A DNA stretch of 64,000 nt from Minutocellus sp. GHC0000111 (Eukaryota). Both the position numbers and the translations under genes were made by a program. The notes below the pieces were generated by a model. The model worked only from the letters and a program-made list of their open reading frames with translations, did not search any database and was not told where the DNA came from. Where the stretch lies: NCBI GenBank assembly GCA_977018835.1, contig OZ361257.1:558001-622000 (forward strand). The letters are read 5' to 3'. Shown here in pieces: positions 55,582 through 64,000 of this stretch. Position 1 is the stretch's first letter; every line of letters starts with the position of its first letter.

Positions 55582-58500
55582 ATGGAGCAAAGAAAAAGAA
55601 CGAAGATGATGAGGCGGCTAGTAGCAGCCGCCGCTATCATTCGATCAGTAGAACCATCGTCGCTAGCAAGCGCGTCTTCTTTGAGGAAAGCGGCGACAAT
55701 GGTGCAGGCGACTCCAGTCCCTAATAGCAGCAGCAGGGACCGGGTGTGGCTCAACGGAAGATCAGTGGTGCTGCCATCAATTGATCATGACAGCAGCGTT
55801 GGAGATCACGCATCTGATATTTACACCGTCGACGACGAAGACGAGATCAGCAGCAGCACGAGCACATTTTTGCGAAGGAGGAGGAGAATTGGGCGACGCT
55901 TACTGGAATCGGTGCAAACGTACTACCTACCTCTCAAGGAAGACCAACTCCTGGAAACGATGAAGGTTGTGACGACCTCAGCGGCCGGACCTATCCACTC
56001 GATGACATCGATCGTTGTCGCGGCCAACAACACGCAAATTTGGTATGATCATTGGGAAGATGGATTTGAAACAGACTATTTATCGCCGACTCAGCCTTTG
56101 ACTGAGATCTGGGGAGATTCGAATGCACTGAATGGCTGCGCCCCCGGCGTTGTCAGCTGCAACGATGCCAGCGATACATTGGTGCCTGGGCAGGCCATTA
56201 TTGTGGAGCACGTCATCGACATCCCTCGCAATGCATCCACCCTCCACATCGATGGCGGCGACCGGATCGACGCTAGTTTTCCCATTGCCATCACTCGGGC
56301 AGCTTATCCAGCTACTCCAGATTCACGCCTGGGCGGTGCAGTGGAAGTAGTGGATACCGATAACTGGGGAACGTACTTTGAAGCTCCTGTCGGCATCTCT
56401 TCTTCCATGAATGGGTTGGACACTACGGCAGCATTTGAGTTTGTTGAGTACTATGCCATGGCGAAGGAGGCTGAAACAATTGTCACTCATTTCGACGGAA
56501 CCACGTCAACCAACTACATTCTAGGGGAAGGAGAGTCTGTTCGCATTACTGGCGTCCAGGTGGGAGATGAACTATCTTCATCTTCGCCAATTCAGGTCGA
56601 TTTGCTCAGCGGAGATATTGGCTCGAGCGATGAAACTCGTTGGTATTCCCTCCTTCCAGTATCGCAATGGACGACTGACTATTATACTCCAGTTGGAAGC
56701 GAAAAAGGGTGGTGAATTATTCAGCAAGGTCTTTCTCTACAATCCAGATCCGGATTTTGATCTGACAATATATTATGATGACAAAACAGGGATAAATGTT
56801 GGAAACGTCACAGTTCCGGCTGGCAGCGTTGGGGCTCAAGTGCTCGAGGGAGCTACTGGATATCGATTCTATTCTACCGGCAGTGTTTTCTTCGGTGTTA
56901 CCCAGACCGATGCTGTTGGAAACGGTCAGATCTATGATTGGGGCCATCCTCGTAAGTTTCATTCTGATGCAAATACGATCATATACATATATTTCTTGGC
57001 CATCATCATCTAATCGCCTGCACTCTCATCCATTCCCCAATTTATTTCTACAGTCATCCCTGCCGAGGAGCTCACATCTCGCGTTATTGTTGGTCTAGGC
57101 TACGCCTGCACCGCAAATAGTTGCACCGACACTATCGAGCAACCTTCGCCGATTTGGGTAACGCCCATTGAGGACGCCATCATATCCGTGGATTACGAGT
57201 CCGATGGAATCATTGACGCTACCTACAACGTCACGCGACTAGACCAATTGCTTGTTACAGATGCAGGCGACCAAGACATGAGCGGCGCCTCTATCTATGC
57301 TAATAGTCTCAGTGACCCTTCAGTCGAGGTTGATATGGCAGCTGTAAGTATTATCGTCCAGTTCATCTTTTCTGTCTTCCTGTTGAATCCTTCTTTTTGT
57401 TGTACTTCTCACACCTTCATCATCATATCCGACCTCGATTGAACTCCGACTTTTCTCAAAAACACAGGTCTGGGGCCAAGATCCTAATCAATCTGGTAGC
57501 GGACGGAGCCACAATTTAGACATGGGAACAAATATTGTCCCTTTACCCTTCATTGAAGCCCTCAAGACGTGCAGATTGCACTCCGACAACGACTTGGACG
57601 GAAAGATCTCTCCCGGTGATGAACTCAAGTGCACTATCCGAGTGACAAATACTGGCCAACAGACAGTTAACACTCTCAAGTTTACAGAGTCTCTCGATGA
57701 GAATATGACATACGTACCTGATTCTACGACTTACAACAACGACCCCGTCTCAGACTCGCCCACTGGCGACCCAAATCCTCTCGCCGGGGATGGTCTTCTC
57801 CAAGAGAATATGGACCTGGCCGTGTCTTCCGATGCAGAGATTTCGTACAATGTGATTGTCGATAGTGAGGCTTTTTTTCTTCCCGGTGGAGACACCATCA
57901 TTGAAGACAGCGCCAGCATTGCTGACTCATCTGGCACCGAACTTGCTAGCGTCGAAACCAGAACTACAGTATATTTGACCCCATCTATCACCATAACAAA
58001 GACGGTAACAACCGCGGAGGGAAGTTGTCCAGGAGTTGACCTCCTCGAATCTGTCTATACTGGCAACATGTTCAAGTGGTGCTTTTCCATCACCAACGAC
58101 GGGAACACTCCACTCGGAAGTGTCAACCTCACCGACCCCCTCCTCTCCCTTCAACAGACAAATCCAGGAACTCTTCCCATCGGTGGCACTTGGGATTTTT
58201 CGCACTCAATGACAGCCTACGATAACATTACCAATACCGCGAATGTCGACGCAACGCCTCTCTACTCCGACGGAACTCCGATTCCCGAGTTTGCCGAGAC
58301 CGGGGTAAGTGATAACGATTCCGCGCAGCTCGAGGCGCTAAGCTACCCACTAGCTCAAGCGTCGGTAGATAACACCATCTGCCACTACGTAAATATGACG
58401 GCGACTACAGAAATCGAGATCAGAGGATTTCAATTCTACGTTAATTCGACAGATTGTCTCAGTGTCGTCGTTGAGGCCAGGGAAGACGGGGGCTCCTGGT

Positions 58501-58718
58501 ACCCAATGTGCATCGCAGAAGTGATTGGAAATGGGCCTGATGGTTACACCACGGTGCCAAGTTTCTTTTGTTCGACTGTCACTCTAAATGAGGGGGCGAA
58601 TATATCATTTAGAGTTACAACCGAACCGTCAAGTTCTTGCTACGAGGGAGGATATGTGCCGTACAACTCGTTGGAGACGAACTACACATATTCTGAGATG
58701 CATTGCTCCGAGGCGTAA
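55582..58718 (+). CDS. Secreted protein with bacterial-type surface (DUF11/DUF7507-like) repeats; frameshift ~56707; introns 56952-57053 and 57344-57467
   Basis: YDHWEDGFE..EIWGD..NG.APG; YDWGHP|LIP; AA|VWGQDP; PGDELKCTIRVTNTG..YVPDST; ITITKTV..ITNDGNTPL. Confidence 0.75.
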
Positions 58719-59321
58719 AGCTCGCAACGCAATACAAATAGGGATCCCTACTAAAAGAACTACTATGTAGCTAGAATGTATATACTAGTAACGCGGCTTT
58801 TGAATAATACCAATTGGTAATCGACATAGGAGTTACTTTTGTTAATTTGAGTACCCATTCCATTGCCAAAATGTATCTTTTGTTTGTTTGCAGTGCATTC
58901 GTTCTATTTCTCACTTTTCCGGATAGCAGAACAACCCAGTTAGTTCTAATCCCGGTTTTTGCAATATTGTCCTAAAATGCGAAAAAGAAAACTCTGCACC
59001 GCCCCTTTGGTTTGATTAATGCATAAAATGAAGTTAAGTTGGTTGCGCAATTTATTAAGCTGGCTTGCGACGAATGCCATTGAGATGAATGAAAAGAGAA
59101 TTGTTTCTACAACGATTGTTGCTGTACCGTCACGGTTGAAAGTAGATGTCGACGAAGTGCGTTTGTACGTGCGTGAGTGCAACAATACTTCACGATCAAG
59201 AGGTCTGTTGGTTGCCAGCCTCGATATTAAAGGTCGACGTCTCCTCTTTCGCCGGTGCATCTTGAGCAGCTCCTGCCGACGAAAGAGCGGCAAACGGTGG
59301 CCGAGTAGCTCCTAGCGGTTC

Positions 59322-61315
59322 CTAAGAAACTCCTGCCGACGGAAGAGAGGCCGATGGGACTTCTAAAGGGATGGCACCGGTAGGAAGCACTGTTTGGGTA
59401 GGCTGCACGCCCACTTGAGGAGCTAGAGCACCACCAGCTGCAGCGACCCTGCCCTCGAGAGCTAGTGCCGCAAGCGCTGCTTCCCGTCTGCGAGCTTCCA
59501 TCAATTCAAGCAGCATATTCCCAGTTAGAGTCTCGCCATGAATTGTTTGTGAAGGCGCAGCTCCCAAACCTTGGGTAGCAGCAGATAAATACGCAGCCCG
59601 GCTTCTCGAAAGTCCCGGGTCAAGATAAGAGACAGTGGTCGATGGAAATGCAAGAGACCCGTGCAAGTCAATCAAGTCACCACCTGGCAACCCTGGATGG
59701 CCCCGATGCTGTCGCAAAGATAGGAGAATTCTCTCTCTTTCTGCTTCGAGCCTCATCCTTGTCCGCTCCTGTATCCGGGCTTGCATTTGAGCCAATGCCG
59801 CTGCTTCTTGAGCACGAACATGGGCAAGCTGTTCCCGGACTAAATCTACTTGAAGAAGAAGCTTTTGCAGATATTCCCGACTGGCGGTAGAAGAGGAAAC
59901 ATTAACTTGCGGATGCATCTGGGCCGAGGGAACCAGCTGGGAGGCCCGATTAGCAGCAGGCATCACTGAACCTCCCGTTTGAGCTCCTGGTCGAGAATAT
60001 GCTCGAAGCAAAGCAGCAGCAGGAGAGGTATGGTGATGCTGAGCACTTGACATACTAGTAGGAATGCCTTGAGTTGCCCCTGCGGCAGCGAGGGCTCTCT
60101 GGACCTCTCCCTCCATAGAATATCCTTCTACTGTTCCGCTTCCACCGTGCGAAGACCCTGCAGCAAGCCCAACGTGGGCACTCATGACTTGATCGGCAGT
60201 AGCAACCGGTCCTACGGCGGCGGCGATAGGAGCAGCAGCAACTGCAAAGTGTCCGGGCTCATGACCAGCGTAGCCAGAAGGGTTGGTGGTCACAGCATCA
60301 GCGCCGACAGCGGCGCTTTCAGCAGTAGGCTCACTGGTAGGTGATCCATCGACTTTCGAGGCCGCTTCCGCTGCTGCCGCAAGGCATCCCATCGCGGAGA
60401 GATTGCGGAATTGACTGGGATCACCAGATTCTGTCGCCTTTTCCACATAGTACTCTGCTTCTGCTGCTCGGACTTGCTTCGCCATCTCCCTCTCGTTCTT
60501 CCTCTTCTCCTTCGCCTTTTCTAGCCTCCGACTTTTGCTGTCGGCCTTTCTCTCCTCCTTCAATCTTTCCTGTATCTCAGCCTGTTCCTTCTTCCATTCG
60601 ACCATCTTGGCTGTGGTATTCGAAAATGCGTAGAAGAAAATGCACGTAAACAGACATGGGGTTGTGTGAGATGGATATATTTGGATAAAGCGAGGTAAAC
60701 AAAACAACCATAAAATGCAGGTGACTCCTTACCCTTGTAAACCTCACGTTCCTTGCTCTCCTGCTCGATGAACTTCTTCTTCTCTTTCTCGGGAAGATCC
60801 TTCCACATCTCCGAGAGCTTCTTCGAAACATCCCTGTTGTGCACAGTGGGATCATTCTGCCGAACGGTCCCACGGTACTTTTGGCTGAAGGCGAGGAATG
60901 CCGACATCGGCCGCTTGGGGGCGGTCGGGTCCTTCTTCGGCCGCTGCTTGGGCTTCGGCTTCGGCCCAGGGAACAGTGCCATCTCCGTCTCGTACCGCTC
61001 CCGATCCTTCCTGGCCACCTCGTCCCACTTGGCTCGCTCCTCGTCGTCGAGATTCCGCCACTTCTCGGCCATGTACTTGGAAACCTGGCCGATCTTTTGA
61101 TCGCCACCCATCTCGGCCTTGACGGTGTCCTGCATCGCCATCGAGAAGCATATGTACGACGACTTGAAGCGCTTGGGGGGCGACGGCGTGTACTTCCTCT
61201 TGCGCAGGGGTCCCTTGCTGCGGTTGAGTGGGTCGCCGTCGTCCTCGTCGTCGCTCGAATCGTCATGTTGATAGGCTCCGGCGAAGTTCGCCGAAACTTT
61301 CCGATCGTCCTCCAT
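59322..61315 (-). CDS. Two-HMG-box protein; intron 60732-60611
   Basis: PPKRFKSSYICF...KWRNL...DRERYE and KDPTAPKRPMSAFLAF...LSEMWKDL. Splice YK(G|CC)AKMVEW. Confidence 0.9.
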
Positions 61316-62451
61316 GAGTGACCGTATATATAAGAATTGTTTCTCTGCGATTGAGATAGTTGATGTGTTGTTTTTTCTGCCCTCGATGATATGTGATTTG
61401 ATTTGGTACGGAACGGCGTTGGAGACAAAGAAATGGGGTGATTGTGACGATATATATGTATGTGAGTCATCAATTCGAGGCGATACAAACGAAATCGTCC
61501 GTCTCAGCCCCAAGCCTCAAAACGGTATTGAGTCTTTCGCTTCCTTGTCTCTCGCCTAATCGACCGATTGTGCTATGTTCTCGTACACGCACAGCGTTTG
61601 CAACGAGGACCAAACGGATCAGCAGTTGAATCATGATTGGAATTGCACTTACCGATAGTATGTAGAATTGGAATTAGTTCCCACCAGGGACCGACCGCCG
61701 CGCCTAGAAGCGATTACCACAGCCAAAGTCCTTCGAGTAAAATCCCCGGACAAAACCAGACAAACAAACCCGAACCCACGTCGTTGTGTCTCGTTTATCC
61801 CTGCATCTGTATGGTCGTTGATGGAGCGCCATGGTGGTTATACGAATAGATATGTATGTAGGTGAGATATCGTTGGGCGAAGAAAGAGATCGAGGGCAAT
61901 GCATGCTACGTATGCACCTCTTCCGAATGAGAAAGCGTGTTGGGTACCGCCGAAAGAAACAATAAGTTATGCGCCCGTTTTTGTTCGGCGAAAAATTGAT
62001 CGCCCCCTCGGCCGGTCTCACCACCTCACTGTTGGATAGCTATCGTGATCACTCACCTACTCAAAGGCTTGCTGCCAGTCCGATACTAAATCCAGCACAA
62101 GCCACCGCGCCCCTCTCCACTCAAAGGTACTCGTGGCACGGTCTTGTGCCGGTGAAAGAGAGAGAGGAGCGCACCAAGTCAAGCACCAACAACGAGAGGC
62201 CGTTCTTGGCGCATCTCGCACCAAACGTGACGTTGCGAAGAAATCAACCGCCCTCAACGTCCACACACAACGGCTGAGAACGATGGTAAATTCAACAGCA
62301 GGACACACGCGCGCAGGTGCTTCTCAAAATCAGAAATCGTCACAAAACGCTGCTTCGATTTGACGTCATATTAAGGGATTTCCCCTTTTTCAAATCCCCA
62401 GAAACTTTTTGAGCCATCTCATTTGGCCAGCACCCGAAACTAAACGAAACG

Positions 62452-64000
62452 ATGGAGGTCGACTCCGGAACTCCAGCCGACCAAGAGGCGATGCTGCCCC
62501 GAGGCCCGCATCCCGACGATGCGTTCCGCGACGACGACTCCTCCTCCTTCGGCAGCGCGGCATCGCAGCACGACGACGCATCATCGCTCGACGATGACGC
62601 GGCAATGCCAGCTCACGCCTTGCCCCACCAGTCAAGACACGCAATGCCTGCTGCTGCCGCCTCGGACGTTGACGCGGACGATGCCTCGGACGAGGACGAC
62701 GAAGAGGAGGCGGAATGCCGCGTATGCCGCGGTCCGGCGGAAGAGGGGTGAGTTCTGCAAACGCCCTCGTTGGCGCAGTATCTGCTCGCTGCGGCGGTGG
62801 CGGCCGTATCTCCGAGCCCCCAAACGTTCACGACCTGGTTGCTTGCTTGCTCGGCTCTTTGCTGGCACTCACCTCCGGGTTTCTTGGTCATGATGCCTGC
62901 GCTTTGTGCCTGTGCCTCGCGGAGTGACCTTGGGATGATCGATCCGTTGCTTGCTTGTTTTATGCCTCGCTCTTCTCTGCAAAGCTATGCAACATACAAT
63001 CTCATCCACTCACCTTTCTCTCTCTCGTATCTTGTATCTTCGTTTCGCGCCTGCCCGTCATTATGATTTCTGTCGTCCCGTCGCTTTCGTCATGCTTTTG
63101 ATCGCATCCCAATGACCTTGCTTTTTGCTTTGATTGCGTACCAACGCACAGCCGGCCGCTCTACTCCCCGTGCAAATGCTCCGGTTCCATCGGCCTCTGC
63201 CATCAGGACTGCCTCACCAGCTGGCTGGAGGTCACGCACGGCGGCGGGGGACGGTGCGAGCTGTGCTCGTATCGATTTCGCTTCCGGCCGCTGTACGCGC
63301 CGGGCGCGCCGGAGCGGCTGCCCCCGCACGAGGTGCTGCTGGGTCTGGGACGGAGCGCCGTGGTGAAATTTTTGCCGTACCTGCTGCGCATCGGGCTGTC
63401 GCTGGGGGTGTGGCTCGTCGTCCTGCCGTTGTGCTCGGCATACCTGTATCAGGGGTGGTTCCATTCGCCCAAGTCGGTGGCATCGAGGTGGCAAACCGAT
63501 CTACTTTTGAGGGATGGCGTATCTGGTGCCATCGTTGCGGCCATCGTCGTCGTGAGCTTCCTTAGTCTGATGAGTTTGGCCGACTTTATGCGCTTCCAGT
63601 GGAATCCGGATGCGCAGGAGGCCAATGCGGAGGAACAGGAGGCAGCGGAAGAGGCCAGGGCAGAGGATCAGATGGCTGCCATTCGTGCAGGTGGTATCGG
63701 TGCTATGCGCGACGCTGTTGAGGCGATTGCAGCTGAGAATGGCATCGACCTGGAGGCGGAGGAACGGGCCAGAGGCTTTGTCCGCGATGATCGTCGACAA
63801 GAGGAAGCTGCCATGCCCGATCCGTTTGAGTTGGACGCTGAAGCTGAATTAGATCGACATCATCATCACCACCATCATCCTCATCACCATCGCAACCAGA
63901 GACAACGTCAAAGAGATTTGGTACCACCTGTCGCTTACCATGAGGACAATATGCAGATCCATGGCCATGATACCATGGGCATTGATGAGGACGATGCGGC
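62452..64000 (+). CDS. MARCHF6: RING-CH E3 ubiquitin ligase MARCH6/Doa10-like (partial); intron 62748-63151
   Basis: ECRVCRG...G|RPLYSPCKCSGSIGLCHQDCLTSWL...CELC..RFRFRPLYAPGAPERLP, then TM segments and SFLSLMSLADFMR. Confidence 0.88.

Noticed and set aside
58946..59315. Short ORFs between the DUF11-like and HMG genes
   Set aside because: No motifs; probably 3' UTR sequence.
59322..61315. HMG-box gene as a sex-determining locus
   Set aside because: Two-box HMG proteins are common, and nothing in the sequence shows sex linkage.

Overview
Gene-dense eukaryotic nuclear DNA, most likely a diatom or related photosynthetic stramenopile. It has short GT-AG introns, an ASAFAP-type bipartite plastid presequence and a UGA selenoprotein. 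About 25 protein-coding genes are recognisable, including GLTP, a plastid double-DUF179 protein, an FkbM methyltransferase, a SelM/Sep15 selenoprotein, a metallophosphoesterase, DnaJ-thioredoxin, SDR, Smr, SQD2, a sulfotransferase, Rod/KNTC1, a GT60 GlcNAc transferase, an HMG-box protein and MARCH6. The most striking structure is an FN3-Kelch gene split by an internal inversion. Its 5' half is on the minus strand and its 3' half on the plus strand. The halves share a perfect 26-bp inverted repeat, so flipping 14513-15861 rebuilds one in-frame junction; a second interleaved 20-bp inverted repeat marks the other breakpoint. Also seen: a TA-flanked MITE, many TA-NNNN-TA palindromes resembling transposon excision footprints, a dispersed ~95-bp structured repeat, palindrome clusters, and about 10 frame disruptions in 7 genes (assembly error or decay). 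Family assignments come from motifs recognised by eye; no searches were run.
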